Source: a candidate division FCPU426 bacterium (lineage in GTDB: Bacteria; Oederibacteriota; Muellerivitia; Muellerivitales; Muellerivitaceae). From it: a DNA stretch of 64,000 nt. The position numbers and the translations under genes were made by a program. The stretch lies in NCBI GenBank assembly GCA_963771075.1, contig CAVYSE010000028.1:352001-416000 (forward strand). Reading direction: 5' to 3'. This document shows, one piece after another, positions 20,001-30,147 of the stretch (within the stretch, counting starts at the first letter, position 1; each line of letters opens with the position of its first letter). The notes below the pieces were generated by a model. It ran no database searches. It was given only the letters and a program-made list of their open reading frames with translations, and was not told where the DNA came from.

Positions 20001-21434
20001 TTAATCCCTCTCCACGCTCCGGACCAGGTTCCCTCGGTGGTCGTGGATTTTCAAGACCATGGGCATCGATCCCAGGGCGTGGGTGGAGCAGGAAAGGCAG
20101 GGATCGTAACAGCGGATGGCCGCCTCGACCCGGTTCAGCGCCCCTTCCTTCACGTCCGCCCCCTGGATGTACTGGCGGGCCACTTCCAGGACCGACTTGT
20201 TCATGGAGGGATTGTTTTGCCCCGTGGCGATGAGAAGGTTCACCTTCAGGAGGGCGCCCGCGGCGTCCACCTTGTAATGATGGAAGAGCGTGCCCCTCGG
20301 GGCCTCGCAGCAGCCGACGCCCTCCAGCTGGTTGCGGGAGGCCACCACGTGGACATCGGTGGAAAGGATTTCCTTGTCGGTGAGAAGCCGCTCGATTTCC
20401 TCGACGCAGGAGAGGGTCTCAATAAGCCTGGCGTAGTGGTAGAAGAAGGTGCCGTTGACCGCCCGGCCCTTGCCCAGGGCCTTGAAGGCCTCGAACTCCA
20501 CCTGTGCCTTGGGGGTTTTCATTTTGGACGCCACGTTCAGACGCGAAAGCGGCCCCACCCGGTAGACGCCCTCCGGATAGCCCATGGGCTTGTAGTAGGG
20601 GTACTTGAGGTATGAGAAATCCACCGGCATCTCGGCGATGTAGGCTAGGTAATCGGCCGGGTTCACCTGGTCGATCACGATCTTGCCGTCCGGCCCCACC
20701 CAGCGCAGTTTGCCGTCGTAAAGCTCGTGGGAACCGTCGGCCGTGACCAGTCCCATGTGCAGGGTGTCGCTGGGCGCGAAGCTTTCCACCTCTTCCCGAT
20801 GGGACGCCATGTAGTCCTTGAGCAATTTCAGGCCGATCTGGGAGGTTTCCAAGGCCTCGGGAATCCACTTGAGGAGGGTTTCCCGGCTCTCGGGCCTCAT
20901 GGGATTGGTCATGCCCCCGGCGATGACCCCGTCGGTGTGGATCTTCTTACCTGTCAGGTGCTGGGAAATTTCCTGTCCGAACTTGCGAAGCCGGATGCCC
21001 TTCCTGGCCACATCGGGAAACTTGGCGGCCAGGCCCACCACGTTGCGCAGGGCCGGGTCCGAATCCCACCCCAGCAAGAAGTCGGGGGCGGAAAGGTAGA
21101 AGAAGGAAAGCGCGTGCGAGGACAACTGCTGGCCCAGCTGGATCAAGCGGCGCAGCTTGACCGCCGCCTCGGGAATGGCCACCCGCTGGATGGAGTCGCA
21201 GGCCTTGGCGCTGGCGATGGAATGGGATACCGGGCAGATGCCGCAGATGCGCGGAGTGATGACGGGCATCTCGGTGTAGAGGCGCCCCTCGCAGAATTTC
21301 TCGAAGCCTCGGAATTCGTCCACATGAAACTGGGCGTCGGAAACTCCGCCCTTGTCGTCGAGAAAGAGGGAGATTTTCGCGTGGCCCTCAATGCGGGTCA
21401 CGGGGTTGATCTTGATGATCTTGTTCTCAGCCAT
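20001..21434 (-). CDS. hoxH: Bidirectional NAD-linked [NiFe]-hydrogenase large subunit (group 3d)
   Basis: [46 protein letters not shown] plus C-terminal extension. Confidence 0.96.
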   Translation of the reverse strand: MAENKIIKINPVTRIEGHAKISLFLDDKGGVSDAQFHVDEFRGFEKFCEGRLYTEMPVITPRICGICPVSHSIASAKACDSIQRVAIPEAAVKLRRLIQLGQQLSSHALSFFYLSAPDFLLGWDSDPALRNVVGLAAKFPDVARKGIRLRKFGQEISQHLTGKKIHTDGVIAGGMTNPMRPESRETLLKWIPEALETSQIGLKLLKDYMASHREEVESFAPSDTLHMGLVTADGSHELYDGKLRWVGPDGKIVIDQVNPADYLAYIAEMPVDFSYLKYPYYKPMGYPEGVYRVGPLSRLNVASKMKTPKAQVEFEAFKALGKGRAVNGTFFYHYARLIETLSCVEEIERLLTDKEILSTDVHVVASRNQLEGVGCCEAPRGTLFHHYKVDAAGALLKVNLLIATGQNNPSMNKSVLEVARQYIQGADVKEGALNRVEAAIRCYDPCLSCSTHALGSMPMVLKIHDHRGNLVRSVERD

Positions 21435-21972
21435 ATGCGGCCTTCCTTTCGTTGGGGAGGTCGGGCACCTTGTCGGTGAGGAGCGCGGAAAGGACCTCGA
21501 AAATCAGGTCCGCGTCGGGGGGACAGCCGGGCAGGTAATAATCCACCTTCACCACCTGGTGCAGGGGCATCACCTTGGGGAGCAGGGGCGAAACCCCCAG
21601 GCCGTCGCCCGGGGGAAGCTTGCCGGGGACGTTCGATTCGGCCTCCACATAAGCCCGCTTGAGACACACGTCGGTGCCGACCTGGTTGCGCAGGGAGGGC
21701 ACGTTGGAAGTCACGGCGCAATCGCCGAAGGCCACCAGAACCTTGCAGTTTTCCCGGATATGCTTGATCTCCGCCAGGTGTTCCTCGCTGGAAACGGCGC
21801 CTTCCACCAGCGCGATGTCCACGGGGGGAAAATCCTTCCCGTCCACCACCGGGCTCTTCACGATGTCGGCCAGTTTCACTACTTCCAGGAGCCGCTCGTC
21901 GATGTCCAAAAGGGACATGTGGCAGCCCGAGCATCCGCCCAGCCAGACCGTTCCGATCTTTTTCTTGCTCAT
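21427..21972 (-). CDS. hoxY: Bidirectional hydrogenase small subunit
   Basis: [31 protein letters not shown]. Confidence 0.95.
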   Translation of the reverse strand: MSKKKIGTVWLGGCSGCHMSLLDIDERLLEVVKLADIVKSPVVDGKDFPPVDIALVEGAVSSEEHLAEIKHIRENCKVLVAFGDCAVTSNVPSLRNQVGTDVCLKRAYVEAESNVPGKLPPGDGLGVSPLLPKVMPLHQVVKVDYYLPGCPPDADLIFEVLSALLTDKVPDLPNERKAAYG

Positions 21973-22676
21973 AGCTCTTTCCTCTTTTCGACCAGTTCGG
22001 TGACCAGGTTGGGGAACCGAAGCAACTTGCCCTGCGAGGCTTCCTTGGGCCAGATGGCGCCCACCGGGCAGATCATGCTGCATTTGCCGCACCAGGTGCA
22101 GGCGCTGGTGGAGCCCCAGGGGTCGTGGAATCCCGCGACAATGCGCGAATCGGCCCCCCGCCCCATGACGTCCCATACGTGGGCGCCCTCCACCTCGTCG
22201 CAGACCCTGACGCATCGGGTGCACATCACGCACCGGTTGTGGTCAATGACGAAGCGGTTGTGGGAAAGGTCGATTTCCGCCTTGGGCTGGAGGTAGGGGA
22301 ACCGCACGTGCTCCATGCCGACCGATTTAGCCAGGTCCTGGAGTTCGCAGTTGTTGTTGGCCACGCAGATGGCGCAGATGTGGTTGCGCTCGGAGAAGAA
22401 AAGCTCCACGATCATCTTGCGGTATTTCTGGAGCTTCTCCGTGTTCGTGTGCACCTTCTGGTTGGGATGAACCTGGGTCACACAGGTGGGCAGGAGCTTG
22501 TTGACTCCTTCCACCTCCACCAGGCAGAGGCGGCAGGCGCCCACCTCGGAGAGCCCGTCGAAATGGCAGAGGGTCGGGATGAAGATGTCGTTCTTGCGGC
22601 AGGCTTCCAGCAATGTCTGCCCCGGATAGGCCTGGACCTCGCGGCCGTCGATGGTGAGGGTGAATGGCTCGGCCAT
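21969..22676 (-). CDS. hoxU: Bidirectional hydrogenase diaphorase subunit U
   Basis: IPTLCH...[49 protein letters not shown] before the ATG at 22676. Confidence 0.94.
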   Translation of the reverse strand: MAEPFTLTIDGREVQAYPGQTLLEACRKNDIFIPTLCHFDGLSEVGACRLCLVEVEGVNKLLPTCVTQVHPNQKVHTNTEKLQKYRKMIVELFFSERNHICAICVANNNCELQDLAKSVGMEHVRFPYLQPKAEIDLSHNRFVIDHNRCVMCTRCVRVCDEVEGAHVWDVMGRGADSRIVAGFHDPWGSTSACTWCGKCSMICPVGAIWPKEASQGKLLRFPNLVTELVEKRKEL

Positions 22677-24363
22677 TAGCGCACCTCCGCGGGCGACGGG
22701 AGCGAAGTTGCAGACCCCCGCCGGACAGCGTTTTTCTTTTACGTGCGCCTCATATTCATCCCGGAAGTACCGCAGGGTCGAGAGAAGCGGGTTCGGGGCG
22801 CTTTGGCCCAGACCGCAAAGACTGGTTTCCCGAACCATGGGCGCCAGGGATTCCAGGAGCTCCAGGTCGTACTCGGTGGCGGTGCCCTTGCAGATCTTGG
22901 TCAGAAGGTCGTACATCTGCTTGGTGCCCACCCGGCAGGGCACGCACTTGCCACACGATTCGTCCATGCAGAATTCCATGAAGAACCGCGCCACGTCGGG
23001 CATGCAGGAACCCTCGTCCATGACGATCAGCCCGCCGGACCCCATGATGGAGCCCAGCTTCTGGAGCGCGTCGTAATCGAGCGGGGTATCGAGATGCTGT
23101 TCGGGGATGCAGCCACCCGAGGGACCGCCCGTCTGGGCGGCCTTGAACTTCTTTCCGTTGGGGATGCCCCCGCCGATGTCGAAAATGACCTGCCGCAGAG
23201 TGGTGCCGATGGGCACCTCCACCAGGCCAGTGTTCTGGATGCAGCCCGAGAGGGCGAAAACCTTGGTGCCCGTGCTCTTGGGGGTGCCGATGCCCGCATA
23301 CCATTCCCCGCCCCTTTCCACGATGGGGGGAATATTGGCGAAGGTTTCCACGTTATTGATGATGGTGGGCATGCCCCAGAGCCCTTTTTCCGCCGGGTAG
23401 GGCGGCCGGGGATGGGGGGTTCCCCTCTAGCCCTCAATGGAGGCCAGGAGGGCGGTTTCCTCGCCGCAGACGAAAGCGCCGGCCCCGATTCGGATTTCCA
23501 CATCAAAGGAGAAGCTGGTTTCCAGGATGTTCTTGCCCACCAGGCCCAGTTTTTTGGCCTTCTGGATGGCGGTTCCGAAACGCTGGATGGCCAGGGGATA
23601 TTCGCCCCGGATATAGGCGAAACCCCGGTTGGCGCCGATGGCGTAGCCCCCTAAGATCATGCCCTCCAGCACCCGGTGGGGGTCGCTTTCCAAGACCGAG
23701 CGGTCCATAAAGGCGCCCGGATCGCCCTCATCGCCGTTGCATACCAGGTATTTCTGCTCTCCCACGTATTTGTACGACATCTCCCATTTGTTGCCGGTGG
23801 GGAAACCGGCCCCTCCCCGGCCCCTGAGGCCGCTTTGCTTGACCTCGCCGATGACCTCCTCGGGAGTCATCTGGGTCAGGGCCTTTTGCAGGGCCTTGTA
23901 GCCCCCGATGGCGATGTAATCTTCGATACTGTCGGGGTCGATCTTCGAGCAGTTTTCCAGGACGATCATTTGCTGGTTCTTGTAGAAGGAATGCTCGCTG
24001 GATTTCATCGTGGGCGAGGCGTCGGTGTCGGAAAAGATCACCATGTGGGGTACGGGCTTATGGTTCTTCACGTGGTCGGCGAGGATGGGTTTGAGGTTTT
24101 CAGCCGTGACCTTCTGGTAGATCACGTCGTCGGCCTCGATTTCACCAGCGGACCCTTGGCGCAGGCGCCCATGCATCCCACCGCTTTCACTTCCACCCCC
24201 GAGCCAGGGTTCAGGTGGCGGACTTCCTCTTTCATCTTCTCGAGCACCTTCTGGGCGCCCGAGGAAATACAGCTGCCCCCCATGCAAACGCAGACCTTCT
24301 TGGTCTGAGGGCGCTCTCGGCGTGCAGCTTCTCGCGCAGGTTGTAGAGGGCGTGGTTTTTCAT
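22676..24363 (-). CDS. hoxF: Bidirectional hydrogenase diaphorase subunit F (frameshifted)
   Basis: N-terminal CMGGSC thioredoxin-like FeS domain, [53 protein letters not shown]. Confidence 0.93.
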
Positions 24364-24876
24364 ATCTCGGCCCCCAGTCTTTCCTGGATCTTGGCGACAA
24401 TTTCCGTCGGGATTCACCCGGGGAAGCACCTCGCCGTCATAGACCACCGCGGGGGCCAGCCCGCAGGAACCGATGCATCGCGCGGTCTGAAGCCCCAGCT
24501 TGTTGTCCTTGGTGACGTCGCCCGGCTTGATGTGGAAACCCTTGTCCATCTCCTCCAGAAAGGCATGGGCGCCCTTCACGTAGCAGGCCGTTCCCGTGCA
24601 AACCACGCAGCTATGCTCACCCCGAGGCTTAAGGGTGAAGAAATGGTAGAAGGTCACGACCCCGTAGACGCGGGAGGCGGGAAGGCGCAGTTCCTTGGCG
24701 ATGAGCTCGATGACGGGCTTCGGCAGGTAGCCGAAAAGTTCCTGGACCGAGTGGAGCACCTGGATGAGGGCGTCGTGCCTTTTGCCGTGGGTATTCATGA
24801 TGGTTATGATCCGCCGGACCCTCGGGTCGTTTTTGGGGATGGCCGGGGCGGCCGGCGGCGGATTCAGGGAAGACAT
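24360..24876 (-). CDS. hoxE: Bidirectional hydrogenase subunit E (frameshift near 3' end)
   Basis: DALIQVLHSVQELFGYL, VYGVVTFYHFF, CTGTACYVKG, RCIGSCGLAP. Confidence 0.93.
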
Positions 24877-24940
24877 GGTTTTTCTCCAATCCAATCTAGA
24901 GCTTTACGCACATGCAAATTACAGGGCCTGGACGAAAAAA

Positions 24941-24960
24941 TTTATGATACCACTCATAAA
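24941..24960. promoter_or_regulatory. TTTATGA-N6-TCATAAA palindrome upstream of hoxE
   Basis: tttatga taccac tcataaa, perfect 7-bp arms. Confidence 0.7.
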
Positions 24961-25308
24961 AAATATTCTAAATGAAGGATCTCCCACTAAACGATAAGGG
25001 CGAGCCAAAACAACCCTCAAGTCAAGAATCGAACCCTGTCCCGGGAGTATCCACAAACCGAAGGGAAGAACTTAGGCAAATACAAATGCGCTCTTTCCCA
25101 ATTCGAGTAAGTGACCCTTATTCCCGCCCGCAGAAAATTTTCGGGCTTCCTTGATTCATCAAAATCTTTTTCCCCCGCCGAAATATTTATCATCCCCTTT
25201 GGGTTGCCTCAGCCCATTTGCTAAATAACATTTTCATGAATGGGGGGCCTGGCACCAGCTATTGGAACACAAAAACCTTACCCGGATTGCATAAGTGTTC
25301 AAGATTTG

Positions 25309-25350
25309 TATGACATGGCTCATAGGATTAAAACTATGAGTTCGCTCATA
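25309..25350. promoter_or_regulatory. Two TATGA-N6-TCATA palindromes upstream of the group 3b operon
   Basis: tatga catggc tcata (25309-25324) and tatga gttcgc tcata (25335-25350). Confidence 0.7.
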
Positions 25351-25429
25351 CGATTTTCGACAAGAGCGGTCCATAAACTGTCATCGAGTGATTCGTCTTT
25401 ACATCTTGTCCGGTTCCTTGGAGGACCCA

Positions 25430-26452
25430 ATGACCGTCAAGCAACTTGATCCCGGATATCTCAATGGTTGGCTGGAAGGCCTGCTCCTCAACCAAACTCT
25501 CGTCGCGCCCGTTGAGAAAAACGGGCATTTCGCCTTCGAGGCCGTCAGTCGCGTGAGCGACATCCGCCTCGATTACGACGTGACCACGCTCCCCCCAAGA
25601 AATTCCTTCTGCCGCCCAAGGAAGTGCTGGTGACCTTCCACAACGGCGTCCCATTACCAGAGTGTCTTCCAGGCCGATCCTTTCATTCTCTTCGGCGTGC
25701 ATCCCTACGACGTGCTGGCCATCTCGCAGATGGACCAGGTTTTCAGCGGAAACCAGAAGGATGAGCACTACCTGGCCCGACGGGCGCAGTGTTCCATCGT
25801 GGCGCTGGACCCGCTCACCATCTCCCCCAACAATTTTTCCGCCTGCATGAACGCCGGGATGGTGAAGGAAGGCTGGGACGTGCTGCTTTCCAAGGTCGGG
25901 GACGTTTTTCTCGCCGAGGCCAAGACCGAAAAGGGCCTGGCCCTGATGCGCTATCTCGCGCCCACGCCCGCGGCCACGCCCGAGCAATTGGCGGCCCGTG
26001 AAAAGATGTGGGAGGCCAACCTGCAAACCCAGCAAAAGCACAAGCTCAAATGCGCCGCCGAGGACCTGCCCGACCTTTTGGGCCGCAATTACGACCATCC
26101 CCTTTGGCAGGAAAGGGCGAACCTCTGCTTTTCCTGCGGGGCCTGCAACATCGTCTGCCCCACCTGCTACTGCTTCGACGTGCAGGACGACGTGGACTGG
26201 AGCCTGAATTGCGGGACCCGCTGCCGGTCCTGGGACGGCTGCCTCTTGCGGGACTTCGCCACCGTGGCGGGGGGGCATAATTTCCGCAACCGTTCGGCGG
26301 AACGTTTCCGCCACCGTTTTTACCGGAAAGCGAAGTATATGCCTGAAAAAATGGGCGAACTGACCTGCGTGGGCTGCGGCCGATGTGTCAGCGCCTGCGT
26401 AGCGAAGATCTCGAATCCGGTCGAAGTCTACAACAAACTTTGGGGGGAATAA
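25430..26452 (+). CDS. Sulfhydrogenase-type beta subunit (AsrA-like FeS protein), frameshift near 25600-25620
   Basis: LDYDVTTLPP, CFSCGACNIVCPTCYCFDVQD, R.WDGC, CVGCGRCVSAC. Confidence 0.9.
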
Positions 26453-26454
26453 CC

Positions 26455-27315
26455 ATGGCCACCACCGCCGAGCAAAAACAGGAAACCCTGACGCCGCACG
26501 ATATTTACCTGCCCCAACCCGCCACCCTGACGCGGGTGGAAACCATGACCGCGGTCGACTCCTTTTTCGAGGTCCGCATGGACTCCGGGGCCGACCTGGG
26601 CCATATGCCCGGCCAATTCGTGGAGGTCTCCGTGACCGGCGTCGGCGAGGCGCCCATCTCGATCTCCTCCTCCCCGACCCGGCCCGGGACCTTTCAGATG
26701 GTGATCCGCCGCATCGGAAACGTCACCCAGGCGCTGCACCGCAAGAAAGCGGGGGATAAGATCGGCATCCGGGGACCTTTCGGCACGGTGTTTCCCGTGG
26801 ACACCGACATGAGGGGCAAGAACGTCCTCTTCGTCGGGGGCGGGATCGGGCTGGTGCCCCTGCGCTCCGCCATCCAGTACGTCCTGGACCGCCGGAAGGA
26901 TTACGGCCGGGTGATCATCCTGTCCGGGACCCGGTCCCCCGCGGACCGCCTCTTCCTGGAGGACCTGGAGGAATGGAAAAAACAACCCGACGTGATGGTC
27001 CTGGAAACAGTGGACCAGGCTTCCCCCGACTGGAAAGGCCATGTGGGAGTGATCACTTCCCTCTTCCCCATGGTCAAGCTCACCGGAGGGCCCTGGGCCT
27101 CCGTGATCTGCGGACCCCCGATCATGTACAAGTTCGTCATCAAGGAATTGAGGCACCTGCAGGTTCCCAACCAGAACATTTTCGTTTCCCTGGAGCGGCG
27201 AATGAAATGCGGGGTCGGCAAGTGCGGCCACTGCCAGATCAACGGACTCTACGTCTGCCAGGACGGGCCGGTATTCCGCTACAAGGAACTTTTTGACCTT
27301 CAGGAGGCCCTCTAA
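26455..27315 (+). CDS. Sulfhydrogenase-type gamma subunit (FAD/NAD(P)-binding, 2Fe-2S)
   Basis: PGQFVEVS..GVGEAPISISS, RGPFG, GGGIGLVPLRS, CGPPIMY, ERRMKCGVGKCGHC. Confidence 0.93.
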   Translation: MATTAEQKQETLTPHDIYLPQPATLTRVETMTAVDSFFEVRMDSGADLGHMPGQFVEVSVTGVGEAPISISSSPTRPGTFQMVIRRIGNVTQALHRKKAGDKIGIRGPFGTVFPVDTDMRGKNVLFVGGGIGLVPLRSAIQYVLDRRKDYGRVIILSGTRSPADRLFLEDLEEWKKQPDVMVLETVDQASPDWKGHVGVITSLFPMVKLTGGPWASVICGPPIMYKFVIKELRHLQVPNQNIFVSLERRMKCGVGKCGHCQINGLYVCQDGPVFRYKELFDLQEAL

Positions 27316-28067
27316 TGGCTAAACCCAAAGTCGCCATATTCGATTTCGCCTGCTGCGAGGGTTGCCAGCTGCAGGTGGTCAACATGGAGGAGGCCCTGCT
27401 GGACCTCCTCAACGTGGTGGACGTGGTGGAATGGCGCGAGGCCATGAGCGAGCAAAGCGAGGTCTTCGATATCGCCCTCATCGAGGGTTCCATCACCCGC
27501 GCCCAGGACGAGGAAAAACTGCAGCGCATCCGGAAGAAGGCCGGCATCCTGGTCTCGCTCGGCGCCTGCGCCGTCTCCGGAGGCGTCCTGAACCTCAAAA
27601 ACCAGCGCTCCAACGAGGATGCGGGCCAGGCCGTTTACGGCGACCGTTTCCACATGCCCCACTTGCAGACCGAGAGCGTCAAGGCGGTGAAGGACGTGGT
27701 GAAGGTGGATTACGAAATCCGGGGCTGTCCCATCGACCGGAAGGAATTCAGCTACATCGTGCGGTGCCTGGCCCTGGGCCGGGAACCCTATGTTCCCAGC
27801 TATCCGGTCTGCGTGGAATGCCGCATCCGGGAAAACAGCTGCCTCTGGGAAAAAGGCGAGATCTGCCTGGGCCCCCTGAGCCGGGCCGGTTGCGACTCCA
27901 ACTGTCCCAGCAAGGGCGCCCCCTGCGTGGGGTGCCGGGGTTTTTCCGAGGACGCCAACCCGGCGGCCATGAGCACCATCCTGAACCTTTACGGGAAAAA
28001 ACCGCAAGACCTGGAAAGCCGCCTCGCCCTTTTCCTGAAACCCACCAAGGAGGCCGTCCATGCCTAA
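27315..28067 (+). CDS. Group 3b hydrogenase small (delta) subunit
   Basis: FACCEGCQL, EGSIT, GACAVSGG, GCP, VCVEC...CLGP.SRAGC...CP...CVGCRG. Confidence 0.93.
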   Translation: MAKPKVAIFDFACCEGCQLQVVNMEEALLDLLNVVDVVEWREAMSEQSEVFDIALIEGSITRAQDEEKLQRIRKKAGILVSLGACAVSGGVLNLKNQRSNEDAGQAVYGDRFHMPHLQTESVKAVKDVVKVDYEIRGCPIDRKEFSYIVRCLALGREPYVPSYPVCVECRIRENSCLWEKGEICLGPLSRAGCDSNCPSKGAPCVGCRGFSEDANPAAMSTILNLYGKKPQDLESRLALFLKPTKEAVHA

Positions 28068-29358
28068 GAACGTCAAGATCGATGTCCATCACGTCACCCG
28101 GATTGAGGGCCACGGCAACCTAGTGGTTCGGGCCGCGGACGGGAAGGTGGAAAAGGCCGAATGGCAGGTGCCCGAGGCCCCGCGATTCTTCGAATCCTTT
28201 GTGCGGGGTCGCAAGTGGGACGAGGTGCAGGGCGTGGTCTCGCGCATTTGCGGCATCTGCTCCATCAGCCACTCGCTGGCGGCCATCAAGGCCGTGGAAA
28301 ACGCCTTCAAGATCCAGCTGACCGAGGAACTGAACCAGCTTCGCACCCTCACCCACTATTCGGAAATGCTTCAGAGCCACGTGTTGCACGTGGGTTACCT
28401 GATCGCGCCGGACCTTCTGGGCGTGAAATCGGTGGTGCCCCTGGTGGAGACCCACCTGGCCGTGGTGAAAAAGATCGTGGCCCTTCACCGGGCCGCCAAT
28501 GAGTGGTCGGACCTCTTGGCGGGCCGAACCACCCATCCCATCACCCTGGTGCCGGGAGGCTTTACCCGCATCCCCACCCAGCGCGAGTTCCGCGACCTGC
28601 ACAAGCGCCTCAGCGACCTGGTTCCCCTGGCCCAGGAAGTGGCCGAGGTGGTCCTGTCCCTCGCCGACAAACTGCCCGGCTTCACGCGGGAGACCGAGTA
28701 TGTGGCCCTGAAAAAACCCGGAATCTACGCCTTCTATGAGGGCGAGATCGCCTCCTCCGACCTGGGGGAGGTCACGAGCGTGAACCAGTTCGAGAAGGTG
28801 GTGAACGAGTACGTCACGCCCCAATCCACGGCCAAGTGGGCCCGCTGGCACCGAGACTCCTACGCGGTGGGGGCCCTCGCCCGCTATAACCTGAACCGGG
28901 AGGAGCTATCGCCCCTGGCCAAGAAATGGGCCCAGATGTTCGGCCTGGGGGAAAAGGTGATCAACCCCTATTTGAACTCGGTGGTCCAGCTGGTGGAATG
29001 CGCCCATGTGCTGGAGCATTCCCTCTCGATGTTGGAAGGGATGATGACGAACCCGCCCAAAACTGCGAAGGTGGAATTTCAGGTGAGAGCGGGCAACGGC
29101 GCCGCCGCGGTGGAGGCCCCGAGGGGCATCCTGTTCCACCGCTACCAGTTCAACGAGGACGGGGTTTGCACCGCCGCCAACCTGTGCATTCCGACCAACC
29201 AGAACCACGGGAACCTGCAGAAAGACGTGGAAGCCCTGGTCCCTTCCATCCTCAACCTGAGTCAGAACGACATCCAGAAGTACCTGGAGATGCTGGTCCG
29301 CTCCTATGATCCCTGCGTGTCCTGTTCGACCCATTACCTGGACGTCAAGTTCGTTTAA
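28060..29358 (+). CDS. Group 3b [NiFe]-hydrogenase large (alpha) subunit
   Basis: HHVTRIEGHG, EAPRFFE, SRICGICSISH, EAPRGILFH, RSYDPCVSCSTH. Confidence 0.95.
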   Translation: MPKNVKIDVHHVTRIEGHGNLVVRAADGKVEKAEWQVPEAPRFFESFVRGRKWDEVQGVVSRICGICSISHSLAAIKAVENAFKIQLTEELNQLRTLTHYSEMLQSHVLHVGYLIAPDLLGVKSVVPLVETHLAVVKKIVALHRAANEWSDLLAGRTTHPITLVPGGFTRIPTQREFRDLHKRLSDLVPLAQEVAEVVLSLADKLPGFTRETEYVALKKPGIYAFYEGEIASSDLGEVTSVNQFEKVVNEYVTPQSTAKWARWHRDSYAVGALARYNLNREELSPLAKKWAQMFGLGEKVINPYLNSVVQLVECAHVLEHSLSMLEGMMTNPPKTAKVEFQVRAGNGAAAVEAPRGILFHRYQFNEDGVCTAANLCIPTNQNHGNLQKDVEALVPSILNLSQNDIQKYLEMLVRSYDPCVSCSTHYLDVKFV

Positions 29359-29394
29359 CGCCTGTCCGGGCGCCGGTTTCCCTATAATCTTCCC

Positions 29395-29874
29395 ATGGAA
29401 AACCGGCGCTCCCAACCCGATGCGATCGTGGCCCTCGGCAACCCCTTCATGGGGGATGAGGGTATCGGCCCCTTTTTGTTGGACCGTTTACGCAAGGATT
29501 CCCGACTGCCCTCCCAAGTAGACCTGATCGACACGACCGGCAATATCCTGACCGCTCTTCACGCCCTTTCCGACCGCCGCAAGGTCATGTTTTTGGACTG
29601 CGCCCTCATGGGTTTAAAACCCGGAGATTTCCGCCTTTTTCACCCTTCCCAAGCGCAAACCGAAAAGAACCTGCCCGGGCTTTCCCTGCACGAGGGGGAC
29701 CTTTTGGGGATGCTGCGAACCTCCGGGCTTTTGGGCGAATCGGCGGAAGAAGTGCTGATCTTTGGCGTCGAACCCGAAAGGGTGGAGCCGAAACAAGGCC
29801 TCTCGGCAACCCTTTCTTCCCGGCTGGACCAGTATCTCTCGGAAATTTTGAGGGAATTCAAAAACCAGGTTTGA
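29395..29874 (+). CDS. Hydrogenase maturation protease
   Basis: ALGNPFMGDEGIG, LDCALMGLKPG, SLHEGDL, FGVEPE...GLS. Confidence 0.92.
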   Translation: MENRRSQPDAIVALGNPFMGDEGIGPFLLDRLRKDSRLPSQVDLIDTTGNILTALHALSDRRKVMFLDCALMGLKPGDFRLFHPSQAQTEKNLPGLSLHEGDLLGMLRTSGLLGESAEEVLIFGVEPERVEPKQGLSATLSSRLDQYLSEILREFKNQV

Positions 29875-30147
29875 TTTTTCCGTTCTCTGTTCTGGTCCAA
29901 AATCGGTTGACCTCCACATGTAAAGAACCCGGAATTCCGGGGGCATGGTTTCCTTCGGGATGAACGTTTTCTGAAAACGTTCAACTCTCCGCGATTGGGA
30001 AAACGTTAGGCCCAAAAAAAGGCAGTTCCCCCTTTCTCCTCCTCCCTCCCGGTGCTAATTTGAACTTGGGGGATCCCTCCCCTCCTTTCCCAAAACAATT
30101 TTCCAACCGCTTGAAATACGGAATCTTTTCACTTCCCGGAGGTTTCC

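Noticed and set aside
21969..23372. Apparent HoxF-HoxU fusion in the ORF track
   Set aside because: The junction reads GGAGGT-GCGC-TAATG, an RBS plus an overlapping stop/start, so an upstream indel most likely put the two genes in frame
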